Below, one piece after another: positions 47,853 to 55,794 of a DNA stretch of 64,000 nucleotides (the first letter of the stretch is position 1; every line of letters starts with the position of its first letter). The DNA lies in NCBI GenBank assembly GCA_012521295.1, contig JAAYMS010000160.1:20092-84091 (forward strand), written 5' to 3'. The notes under the pieces were generated by a model that saw only the letters and a program-made list of their open reading frames with translations, ran no database searches and had not been told where the DNA came from. This DNA is from Bacillota bacterium. Its GTDB lineage: Bacteria; Bacillota; Limnochordia; Darwinibacteriales; Darwinibacteriaceae. The translations under genes and the position numbers were made by a program.

Positions 47853-49773
47853 ACCCTTCATTCATCCAAACCCGCATTTCGCCTGTTTGACGGTTGTCCC
47901 ATGCGAAGTAGGGTACCGCCTTCAACTCTACGCCCTCTACCTTAGGCCGAGTTGTGGTATAAAGACTTTCGTCAGATACTATTCGCCTATATCCAGGCCC
48001 TGTGAGGATGGGCAGCTCCAGCTGCTCGTCTTTGCCCACCGTAAAAGCAGCATCGGCCGAAATGTAGATTTGAGAGAGATTTGGCCCATTATCTACTTCC
48101 TCGAAGCAGTACACAATCGGCCCGCGCTGCAGAGCGATCTTGCCGGCGCTGTAAGATACTCTTGGATTAGACCAGACCTTTTCTACCGGCATCGGGAAAC
48201 AAACCTCCACTTGGTCACCATTAAACCAGGCCCGCTCAATTCTGGCATAGCCGTCTACGACTTCAAGGCTCTCGATGTCCTCACCGTTCACCTTGACCTT
48301 TGGTGCCCGGCACCACTGCGGCAGCCGGACGTTGAGAGTAAATGTCTGCGGGTCCACTACACCCACAACAAACATTACATTTTCATCCCATGGGTAATTT
48401 GTGATCTGACTGAGCCTAATCTCGGCTTCGCCGATTTGGAACAGTGCTTCGCCTTGAGTAAACAGGTGCACGAAAACGTCGCTCTCCCTGGTGCTGTAGA
48501 TGTACTGGTTAACCGAAGCCAACAGGCGGGCAATATTTGGGGGACAGCATGCGCACCCAAACCACTCCTGCCGAGTAGTCTTAACATGATGGTGATCATG
48601 ACGGGCAGCAGCTACAGCAGGATCTACCTCCAACGGGTTCACATAGAAGAATTTGGTTCCTTCGAGGGACATACCGCTGAGCACACCATTGTAGAGGGCC
48701 CGCTCCATCACATCAGCATATTCGCGGCGGGGCTCGATCTGAAGCATCCGTTGAGCCCAGAAGACAAGCCCAATGGCAGCACACGTCTCAGTATAGGCCC
48801 GGTCACCAGGCAGATCATAGTCAATGGTAAAACCTTCGTGATGAGCTTGAGAACCTATGCCGCCAATAACGTACATTCGCTTGTTTGTCACATTATCCCA
48901 CAGCCGTCTGCATACTTCATATAACTCTTTGTCACCAGTCTCAAGTACGAGATCGGCGACTGCGGTATAGAGGTACATTGCTCTTACCGAGTGGCCTTCT
49001 GCTGTCTCCTGCTCTCGTACAGGCAGGTGTGATTGACTATATCGGTGGCCGTTAAACCAAGGATCGTCTGGATTCTGACCGCGGGCTTCTGCTTCGATGT
49101 CGAAATAATGCGGTTTTCTTCCACGTTCCTCAATAAAGAATTGGGCAAGCTTCAGATGTTTCGGGTCCTTCGTTACTCGATATAGCTTTATAAGCGCCAA
49201 CTCAATCTCTTCATGTCCCGGATAACCGCGCTTCTTGCCCTCCTCTGGGCCGAAGACTTCATTGATGTGATCCACAAAGCGGCACATAATTTGGAGGAGC
49301 TTATCTTTACCTGTCGCCTCATAGTACGCCACTGCTGCCTCAATAAAGTGGCCAGCACAGTACAGCTCGTGGTGATCCCGCAGATTTGTCCAGCGTTTAT
49401 CAGGGGCCATGACAGTATAGTACGAGTTTAGATAGCCATCGCTCTGCTGCGCCCTCCCAACAAGATCGATGACCTCATCGGCTCTTGCCTCAAGTTCAGG
49501 ATCAGGTTCAGCCATGAGGCTATAGGCAACGGCTTCGAGCCACTTTGCGACGTCACTATCTTGAAAGATCATTCCGCGGAACTTCCCAGTTTTCTCGCCG
49601 GCAGCGATGCGCAGATTCTCGATAGCATAGCTTGGCTCAGCGCCTGGGACATCGTCATTGAGTGCTTTCCATTGATAAGGGATCACCTGATCCCGCACTA
49701 CCTTGGCCCGGTCTGCAAGCAAACCTCCTGTTAAGCGTACTTCCCGGACAAATTGTGTCGCTAGATTACGCAT
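47851..49773 (-). CDS. GH127 beta-L-arabinofuranosidase (DUF1680/HypBA1 family)
   Basis: 640 aa with the GH127 Cys-rich catalytic/zinc motif EWFGCACCPPN and (alpha/alpha)6-barrel-type conservation. Confidence 0.8.
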   Translation of the reverse strand: MRNLATQFVREVRLTGGLLADRAKVVRDQVIPYQWKALNDDVPGAEPSYAIENLRIAAGEKTGKFRGMIFQDSDVAKWLEAVAYSLMAEPDPELEARADEVIDLVGRAQQSDGYLNSYYTVMAPDKRWTNLRDHHELYCAGHFIEAAVAYYEATGKDKLLQIMCRFVDHINEVFGPEEGKKRGYPGHEEIELALIKLYRVTKDPKHLKLAQFFIEERGRKPHYFDIEAEARGQNPDDPWFNGHRYSQSHLPVREQETAEGHSVRAMYLYTAVADLVLETGDKELYEVCRRLWDNVTNKRMYVIGGIGSQAHHEGFTIDYDLPGDRAYTETCAAIGLVFWAQRMLQIEPRREYADVMERALYNGVLSGMSLEGTKFFYVNPLEVDPAVAAARHDHHHVKTTRQEWFGCACCPPNIARLLASVNQYIYSTRESDVFVHLFTQGEALFQIGEAEIRLSQITNYPWDENVMFVVGVVDPQTFTLNVRLPQWCRAPKVKVNGEDIESLEVVDGYARIERAWFNGDQVEVCFPMPVEKVWSNPRVSYSAGKIALQRGPIVYCFEEVDNGPNLSQIYISADAAFTVGKDEQLELPILTGPGYRRIVSDESLYTTTRPKVEGVELKAVPYFAWDNRQTGEMRVWMNEG

Positions 49774-50090
49774 GCTGATCCTCCTTGTACCTTACTTAAA
49801 GCGCCCCTCAGCAAGACGCGCATGGACTCCTGATTCGATCCATTCAATCACCATGGGAAGCCGCACCGTCGAACAGTTCGCGGTCGTCGCAACTAATTAC
49901 TGAAATAACGAATTGCTTCGGCTGTACCGTGAAATTCATCAGGATAGGACGGAGTTCTCAGCTTCGTGGGGTGAATGGGAATAGGCATGAATTAATGGGA
50001 AGGCTCTTGTCTAGATAGTTTTCAGAATAGGAGTAGTCGAAATATGGTGGCGTTGGTTACTTATGCGGGACTGGCTCGGAGAACCATCTC

Positions 50091-50104
50091 TGAAATCGTT
50101 TTCA
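50091..50104. promoter_or_regulatory. cre-like / LacI-family operator palindrome
   Basis: TGAAATCGTTTTCA matches the catabolite-responsive-element consensus TGWAANCGNTNWCA, with 12 of 14 positions palindromic. It lies in the 584-bp intergenic region upstream of the arabinose-locus ABC transporter and divergent from the GH127 gene. Confidence 0.45.
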
Positions 50105-50221
50105 AGAGTCTAGATAAAAAACCGCTGTTTCGAGGGTGATTTTAACACAAACAAAACAGAGAGTCAACATGGGGTCGGTAGATTCTGCCTCATCTAGAAA
50201 TAATCCATCAAGGGGCAGGAG

Positions 50222-50250
50222 TTGACGAGGTGTCGAATGTATTATAAAAT
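50222..50250 (+). promoter_or_regulatory. Candidate sigma-70 promoter for the sugar ABC transporter operon
   Basis: TTGACG, a 17-nt spacer, then TAAAAT, about 105 nt upstream of the ATG at 50358. Confidence 0.35.
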
Positions 50251-50312
50251 AGGGAAACAGGAGTTGAAAAATTTAACTTCTGGAGGTGGTTGAACAAGGA
50301 GTCTCTGCTTGG

Positions 50313-50326
50313 TAGAACTTGTTCTA
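50313..50326. promoter_or_regulatory. Perfect palindrome TAGAAC-TT-GTTCTA between the candidate promoter and the RBS
   Basis: 6-2-6 perfect inverted repeat, 30 nt upstream of the ATG. A related half-site TTGAACAAGG lies just upstream. Confidence 0.35.
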
Positions 50327-50357
50327 ACACACAACTAATTATTTAAGGAGGTTCACC

Positions 50358-51320
50358 ATGAAACGCAGACTGTTAGTTCTCTCGTTGGCCTTAGTTCTTC
50401 TTCTTGCTGGCGCATTCAGCGCTGCTGCACAAGTACGGGAATATGAGTTTGCAATCATTACCCACAGTGCTACCATTGACTTCTGGATTCCGCTCGTCAA
50501 GGGTGCACAAGACGCAGCCGCGATGATCAATGCTTTTGATCCAAACGTCAAGATTTCTGTGTTCCACACAGGCCCAAGCCTCTTTGACGTTGCTGAACAG
50601 GTCAATATCATGGAAAACGTAACTCAAGCTGGTGTCGACGGCATCATCTCTACTCTGCCCGACCCAACAGCTTTTGATGCACCTGTACAGCGGGCACTCG
50701 ATGCAGGAATTCCTGTCATCGCAACCAACGCTGACGCAGGCCCAGATAACCCTCGTCTCGCCTATGTCGGACAGAGCGACTTCACTGCTGGCCAAGCTCT
50801 GGCTCGCAACCTGATTGCCCGGATCGGTACCAGCGGTAAGATCGCTATCGGTGTAGAAGACCTCGGTCACACCTCCCTGGCACAGCGCCTCGCAGGTGTT
50901 CGCGACATTCTTGATCAGACCGATATCGAGTACACCGTTCTGCAGACCAGCCCTGACCTGACCCAAGGCGCAGCGGTATTCGAAACCTACCTCATCGCTA
51001 ACCCAGATGCAAAGGCCATCATCAGTGTGGACGCTAACACCCAGTCTCACGGTGTAGTTATCCGCAACCTCGGCCTCGAAGGTAAGGTAATCTCCGCTGG
51101 TTGGGACCTCGTACCAACAACGATCGACAACATTCTCGAAGGCTACACTGCTTTCGTAATCGACCAGCAGCCTTATACCCAGGGCTTCTACCCAGTTTTG
51201 GCTCTGTACCTCTATCATGAGTACGGCATCGCACCAGCCAATGTTGACACCGGTGCCGGTATCGTAAGCCAAGACAACATTCAAGAAGTACTAGAATTGG
51301 CGGAGAAGGGTTATAGATAA
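50358..51320 (+). CDS. Sugar ABC transporter periplasmic substrate-binding protein (PBP type 1, RbsB/AraF-like)
   Basis: Signal peptide MKRRLLVLSLALVLLLAGAFSAAAQV with no lipobox Cys, followed by a periplasmic_binding_protein type-1 fold. RBS AAGGAGG. First gene of an SBP-ATPase-permease operon. Confidence 0.8.
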   Translation: MKRRLLVLSLALVLLLAGAFSAAAQVREYEFAIITHSATIDFWIPLVKGAQDAAAMINAFDPNVKISVFHTGPSLFDVAEQVNIMENVTQAGVDGIISTLPDPTAFDAPVQRALDAGIPVIATNADAGPDNPRLAYVGQSDFTAGQALARNLIARIGTSGKIAIGVEDLGHTSLAQRLAGVRDILDQTDIEYTVLQTSPDLTQGAAVFETYLIANPDAKAIISVDANTQSHGVVIRNLGLEGKVISAGWDLVPTTIDNILEGYTAFVIDQQPYTQGFYPVLALYLYHEYGIAPANVDTGAGIVSQDNIQEVLELAEKGYR

Positions 51321-51412
51321 TATATACGGAATAAACGGGTTTAGCCCGGTTGGAGCGTGTTGAGATTCTTATCTCAGCACGCTCTCCATTCCTCTGAAAG
51401 GGGGATTTTTCT

Positions 51413-52909
51413 ATGGCAAACAACGTTCTCATTAGCTACAGAAACATCAGCAAACGTTTTGGTGGAGTGCAAGCTCTAGATGACGTTTCTTTTTCTATTA
51501 ACCAAGGGCAGATCCACGGTTTGATCGGTGAAAACGGTGCAGGAAAATCCACGCTCATTAAGATCACCGGTGGCATATACATAAAAGATTCTGGTGAAAT
51601 TCTGTGGCAGGGCACACCTATCGCCCCGCGAAATCCAGTTGAAGCAGAAAGACTTGGTATTTCCATCGTTCACCAAGAAATCCCGCTGTGTAATAATCTG
51701 ACCGTCACACAAAACGTGTTTATGGGGCGGTTGATCACCAATCGCTTCGGCCAGCCTAATTGGAGCTTAATGGAAGAGCAGACTGCAGAAGTCTTCCGTC
51801 AAATCGGCCAGGACATTGATCCTCGCGCCATTGTGGGAGACTTAAGTGTTGCCTTAAAGCAGCTGACGGCCATTGCTCGTGCCCTTATTACTAAGAGTAA
51901 ATTCATCATCATGGACGAACCCACCTCTGCCCTGACTCCAGGCGAAGTGGGAACCCTCTTTGAGGTGCTGCGCAAGCTGAAGGCCGAAGGAACTACAATC
52001 ATGATTGTGAGCCACATCCTCAGTGAATTGATGGAAATCACTGACCGAGTAACAGTGCTCCGTAACGGCCGCCATGTCTCAACCAAGGATACGAAAGATA
52101 CAAGCATTGATGAAATTGTCCATATGATGGTAGGCGACATTACGCTGCCGCCCCCTCCCGATACCAGCTCGGTCAAAGACGAGGTCGTGCTGCGGGTGCG
52201 CAACTTGAGTCAGCAGAAACTCCGCCTGAAGGATATCAGCTTCGACCTGCGCAAACAAGAAATCCTGGGTATCGCTGGCATTCAGGGAGCGGGACGTACT
52301 GAGCTTGCCACTACTCTTTTCGGTTTACAACAGCCAGACAACGGCACTATTGAGCTTGAAGGAAAGCCTGTCAGATTCAGAAACCCACGTGAAGCCATCA
52401 ACCATGGAATTGGCTATCTGACCGAAGATCGGCGCAATCTTGGCGTATTCTGGGATATGTCGGTCTGGCAGAACATGAGTACTGCCATTATTGATCGCCT
52501 TACCAGAACGGCCGGGGTCTTGAACAACCGCCGCATTGAGGAAGTCGCCGAAGAATCTGTAAGGCAGCTGCAGATCAAAACACCAGGAGTGTCCCATCTC
52601 ATTAGGCACCTTAGTGGTGGTAACCAGCAGAAAGTCCTGCTGGCACGCTGGCTCAATGCCCACCCGAAGGTTCTCATTCTTGACGAACCTACCCGGGGTG
52701 TGGACGTCGGTGCCAAGGCGGAGATTCGCAGAGTCATCCAAGAATTGGCCGAACAAGGCCTCTCGGTGATAGTAATCTCTTCGGACCTAGAGGAATTACT
52801 GGCCATCAGTCACCGAGTATTAGTGATGGCTAATGGCCAAGTTAAGGGCGAGTTCCCAGCACAGGAAGTCTCCACCGATGAGGTAATGGCCCTGGCTGTA
52901 CAAAAGTAG
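51413..52909 (+). CDS. Sugar ABC transporter ATP-binding protein with two fused nucleotide-binding domains (RbsA/AraG-like)
   Basis: 498 aa with two Walker A motifs (GENGAGKST and, degenerate, GIQGAGRTE), ABC signatures and Walker B (IMDEPT and ILDEPT). Confidence 0.85.
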   Translation: MANNVLISYRNISKRFGGVQALDDVSFSINQGQIHGLIGENGAGKSTLIKITGGIYIKDSGEILWQGTPIAPRNPVEAERLGISIVHQEIPLCNNLTVTQNVFMGRLITNRFGQPNWSLMEEQTAEVFRQIGQDIDPRAIVGDLSVALKQLTAIARALITKSKFIIMDEPTSALTPGEVGTLFEVLRKLKAEGTTIMIVSHILSELMEITDRVTVLRNGRHVSTKDTKDTSIDEIVHMMVGDITLPPPPDTSSVKDEVVLRVRNLSQQKLRLKDISFDLRKQEILGIAGIQGAGRTELATTLFGLQQPDNGTIELEGKPVRFRNPREAINHGIGYLTEDRRNLGVFWDMSVWQNMSTAIIDRLTRTAGVLNNRRIEEVAEESVRQLQIKTPGVSHLIRHLSGGNQQKVLLARWLNAHPKVLILDEPTRGVDVGAKAEIRRVIQELAEQGLSVIVISSDLEELLAISHRVLVMANGQVKGEFPAQEVSTDEVMALAVQK

Positions 52910-52926
52910 GCAGGAGGTTTGTAAGT

Positions 52927-53877
52927 ATGAATCTGCTAAAGACATTGAGATCGAGAAGAGAAGTTGGGGTCTTGATAGCCTTCTTTGGCCTCTGCATATT
53001 TTTCTCTGTAGTAACTAATACATTCCTGACAGTACCTAATATCTTGAACATTCTCCGCCAGGTTTCAATCAGCGGCCTGATTGTGATGTTCATGACCATG
53101 CTCATTATTGGCAATGACATCGATCTGTCGGTGGGTTCAACCTTTGCCGCCGTTAGTATGGTTGTGGCGATCCTTTTCCAAAATGGCCTAAATATCTGGC
53201 TCGCTAGCCTGATAGGGCTGCTCATGGGAGCGGTTCTTGGCGGAATTAATGGTTTTGTCACAGTTAAGGGTGGACTGCCGCCTTTTATTGTGACTCTTGG
53301 AACACAGATGATCTACCGGGGCTTGGCCCTGGTCATCTCCGGCGGTGCGCCTGCATCCGTTCGCCTGCCCAACTCCTTCTATAATGTTACCGGAGCACGC
53401 ACCTTTTTCAATCTGCCAGTACCGGCGCTGTGGTTCTTAGGAATTACAGCTTTGGCTGCCTTCTTGCTTCACAAGACTAGTTTCGGATTCAAAGTGTACG
53501 CTACTGGTGGCAACGAAGAAGCTGCTCGGCTCTCTGGTATTAACACCGGGCGTGTCCGAATTATCACCTTTATTTTGGTTGGCATGTCGGCGGCTCTGGC
53601 TGGTATTATCCAGATGGCGTACCTGCGTGGTGTAACGCCTACCGCCGGGCAGGGCATGGAGCTGACTGCCATCGCCTCGTCGGTTATTGGTGGTACTTCG
53701 ATGTTCGGTGGAGTTGGTACAATTGCCGGATCGTTCATCGGTACCTTATTCATGGGTGTAGTAAGAAATGGCCTGGTATTAATGGGCACCAACGCCTATA
53801 TTATTGACCTGATCATTGGTATCGTACTGATTGGAGCGGTCTGGTTCAGTACCTTCTCTACTAGAGAAAAACGGTAA
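52927..53877 (+). CDS. Sugar ABC transporter permease (RbsC/AraH-like, BPD_transp_2)
   Basis: 316 aa, about 10 TM helices, typical branched-chain/ribose-type permease sequence. Confidence 0.8.
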   Translation: MNLLKTLRSRREVGVLIAFFGLCIFFSVVTNTFLTVPNILNILRQVSISGLIVMFMTMLIIGNDIDLSVGSTFAAVSMVVAILFQNGLNIWLASLIGLLMGAVLGGINGFVTVKGGLPPFIVTLGTQMIYRGLALVISGGAPASVRLPNSFYNVTGARTFFNLPVPALWFLGITALAAFLLHKTSFGFKVYATGGNEEAARLSGINTGRVRIITFILVGMSAALAGIIQMAYLRGVTPTAGQGMELTAIASSVIGGTSMFGGVGTIAGSFIGTLFMGVVRNGLVLMGTNAYIIDLIIGIVLIGAVWFSTFSTREKR

Positions 53878-53897
53878 AAGCACCACTCAAAAACTTG

Positions 53898-53933
53898 GAG
53901 GGGTTAGCTCGAAAGCTAACCCCTCTTTTTTTC
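53898..53933. terminator. Strong bidirectional rho-independent terminator between the ABC permease and the convergent MerR-family gene
   Basis: Perfect 11-bp stem GAGGGGTTAGC-tcgaaa-GCTAACCCCTC followed by TTTTTTTTCTG. The right arm contains the merR-like stop codon. Confidence 0.65.
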
Positions 53934-54683
53934 TGTATAGGCGAAGATACAGTTCCGCAAGAACTCTGCTGCACCCGGGCTGTACTGGTCATAATGAGCT
54001 TTGAATCTTTCGTCAGCAACGTACATCTCAGCTAGCCCCCGGTGCGCTTCCGCCGAGTAGCTTTGCCATGTAAAACTCAGCCAACGTCGGTGGAGTTCTC
54101 CGACTTTAAGGCCGAGATCACTATCTGGATCCCCTTCTTCCATGGCGGCCCGTAGTGTCTCGATGAGTTCCTCTTCAACCTTCTTGAAGTTCTCCCAGTC
54201 TTCCGGCGACATACCCATCAGCTTGGCATTGCTTGCATCGACCGCCTCATCGCCGTACTTCTCCCTTGCCTCTTTACCATACTTAGCTTCGTTGTCCGCG
54301 ACAAGCTGCTTTTTGAAGCCCTCAAATTTTTCCTTATCAGTCACGTGTATTCTCCCTTCTAGCCCCGCGAGTGACCGCTCCACAGTCTCAAGGAGCTGTT
54401 CGAGCTGGGCTTTTCTCTGCAGAAGGCTTTTTCGATGCGACAATAGTGCCTCTTTCAGGTCAAACTGTGGGTCGTTCATGATCCGCTTGATCTGATCTAG
54501 ACCCATGCCCATCTCTCGGTAGAGCAAAATCTGCTGCAGACGATCTACCGCATCTGGCCCGTACAGCCTGTATCCTGCCTCGGTGACAGCCGATGGCTTT
54601 AAGAGATCGATCTCATCGTAGTACCTTAAGGTGCGCGCACTGACCCCAGCTAAGTCACCAAGTTGCTTGACCGTATACTGCAT
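53916..54683 (-). CDS. MerR-family transcriptional regulator with a TipAS-like C-terminal effector domain
   Basis: N-terminal MerR HTH YTVKQLGDLAGVSARTLRYYDEIDLLKP, a coiled-coil linker, and a C-terminal TipAS-like antibiotic-recognition domain. RBS AGGAGGTG. Confidence 0.75.
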   Translation of the reverse strand: MQYTVKQLGDLAGVSARTLRYYDEIDLLKPSAVTEAGYRLYGPDAVDRLQQILLYREMGMGLDQIKRIMNDPQFDLKEALLSHRKSLLQRKAQLEQLLETVERSLAGLEGRIHVTDKEKFEGFKKQLVADNEAKYGKEAREKYGDEAVDASNAKLMGMSPEDWENFKKVEEELIETLRAAMEEGDPDSDLGLKVGELHRRWLSFTWQSYSAEAHRGLAEMYVADERFKAHYDQYSPGAAEFLRNCIFAYTEKKRG

Positions 54684-54712
54684 TTCCTCACCTCCTGCAT
54701 CTTCATGATAAA

Positions 54713-54731
54713 CCTTAACGTTACGTTAAGG
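54713..54731. promoter_or_regulatory. Perfect 9-1-9 palindrome, candidate MerR-type operator in a divergent promoter region
   Basis: CCTTAACGT-T-ACGTTAAGG lies 30 nt upstream of the merR-like start, between it and the divergent 115-aa gene. A TTGACT, 17-nt spacer, TACACT promoter for the plus-strand gene lies just downstream. Confidence 0.45.
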
Positions 54732-54842
54732 TCAAGATGTGTTTTGGTAGAAAAATTCCCCGGCTTGACTAAGCAGTAGAAAAATCGTACACTAAATTAG
54801 TACGTTACTAAATCACTACTCTACTAACTGGAGGTTCCGACC

Positions 54843-55190
54843 ATGAATGCACGCAAGAAGGAACTAAAAGAACTGTATAAACAGATGAAACCAGATATGG
54901 GTGTCTTGATAATCCGCTGTACAGCTAACGATAAGTGTCTGCTGGTACCTGCCCGAAACCTAAATGGCATGATTAACCGCCTTAGGTTTCAGCTCGAGAT
55001 GGGTTCGGCACCTTACAAAGAACTGCAGAATGATTGGAAACAGTACGGCCCTGAGAGCTTTGCGTTCGATGTCTTAGATACCCTCGCGTATTCTAAGGAT
55101 GAGGCCAAAACCGACTACTCTAAGGAACTCGACGAGCTGTGCTCTCTCTGGAAGGACAAGCTCAAGCAAGAAAACGTAAACCTCTATTAG
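54843..55190 (+). CDS. Small GIY-YIG-like domain protein (degenerate; hallmark tyrosines replaced)
   Basis: 115 aa. GVLIIRCTANDKCLLV...NRLRFQ aligns to the GIYxI...YIG...R core, and LQNDWKQYGPESFAFDVL...ELCSLW aligns to the second half (catalytic Glu region) of I-TevI/UvrC-type GIY-YIG domains. The GIY and YIG tyrosines are Leu here. Confidence 0.4.
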   Translation: MNARKKELKELYKQMKPDMGVLIIRCTANDKCLLVPARNLNGMINRLRFQLEMGSAPYKELQNDWKQYGPESFAFDVLDTLAYSKDEAKTDYSKELDELCSLWKDKLKQENVNLY

Positions 55191-55279
55191 CGGCAAAATA
55201 GCTGGATGGTCCTATTTCGGCTTCCTATCAGGGCAATAACATATAACGATGAAAAGCTCTGTCAAGGAGGTGTATCCTG

Positions 55280-55741
55280 ATGGGATACTTCAATGCTGAG
55301 CAGGTTTATTGGTCACATCTTAAATTCCCTACCGCCAAATCCGATGTGCGTCAGTACTATGAACCACTTGTTCAGCCCGAAGCGGTAGTTCAGCAGCCGA
55401 ACTGTGCCTTTAAGTATGCCGTTCAACCAGGCGACAGCATCTATTTGATCGCGCAGCGCTTTAATATCAACATCGATGCCCTGCTGAACGCCAATCCGCA
55501 AGTTACCAATCCCGATCAGATTTTCCCAGGGTTGGTTCTCTGCATACCTGATCAAGAGCTTGGAGGAATGCCACCAGCTGACTGTTCAGGCTTCATTTAC
55601 ACGGTGATGCAGGGAGATACACTCTGGTTGATATCCCAGCGTTTCGGAGTGTCTCTGCAGGCCATCATCAATGCCAATCCCCAAATTACTAATCCGAACA
55701 GAATCTTCCCAGGACAGCGGATCTGCATCCCTGCCACCTAG
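55280..55741 (+). CDS. Protein with two LysM domains (peptidoglycan-binding; possibly spore-coat/cortex associated)
   Basis: Two tandem LysM repeats: YAVQPGDSIYLIAQRFNINIDALLNANPQVTNPDQIFPGLVLCIP and YTVMQGDTLWLISQRFGVSLQAIINANPQITNPNRIFPGQRICIP. Confidence 0.7.
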   Translation: MGYFNAEQVYWSHLKFPTAKSDVRQYYEPLVQPEAVVQQPNCAFKYAVQPGDSIYLIAQRFNINIDALLNANPQVTNPDQIFPGLVLCIPDQELGGMPPADCSGFIYTVMQGDTLWLISQRFGVSLQAIINANPQITNPNRIFPGQRICIPAT

Positions 55742-55757
55742 CACAAGGGGTAAAGCG

Positions 55758-55794
55758 GCCCTTCGGCTCAAAGAGCTGAAGGGCTTTCTCTATG
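55758..55794 (+). terminator. Rho-independent terminator after the LysM gene, overlapping the 3' end of the convergent ABC exporter gene
   Basis: 12-bp stem GCCCTTCGGCTC-aaa-GAGCTGAAGGGC (one G-U pair) followed by TTTCTCTATG. Confidence 0.55.

Noticed and set aside
50391-51284. 297-aa minus-strand ORF
   Set aside because: It is antisense to the sugar-binding protein gene, which has a signal peptide, an RBS and operon context. It is almost certainly a shadow ORF.
55191-55279. Possible sporulation sigma (SigE/SigK-type) promoter upstream of the LysM gene (CATATAAC element)
   Set aside because: The match to the CATACA-T / CATA---TA -10 consensus is only partial and no convincing -35 partner is present. 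There is not enough to call.
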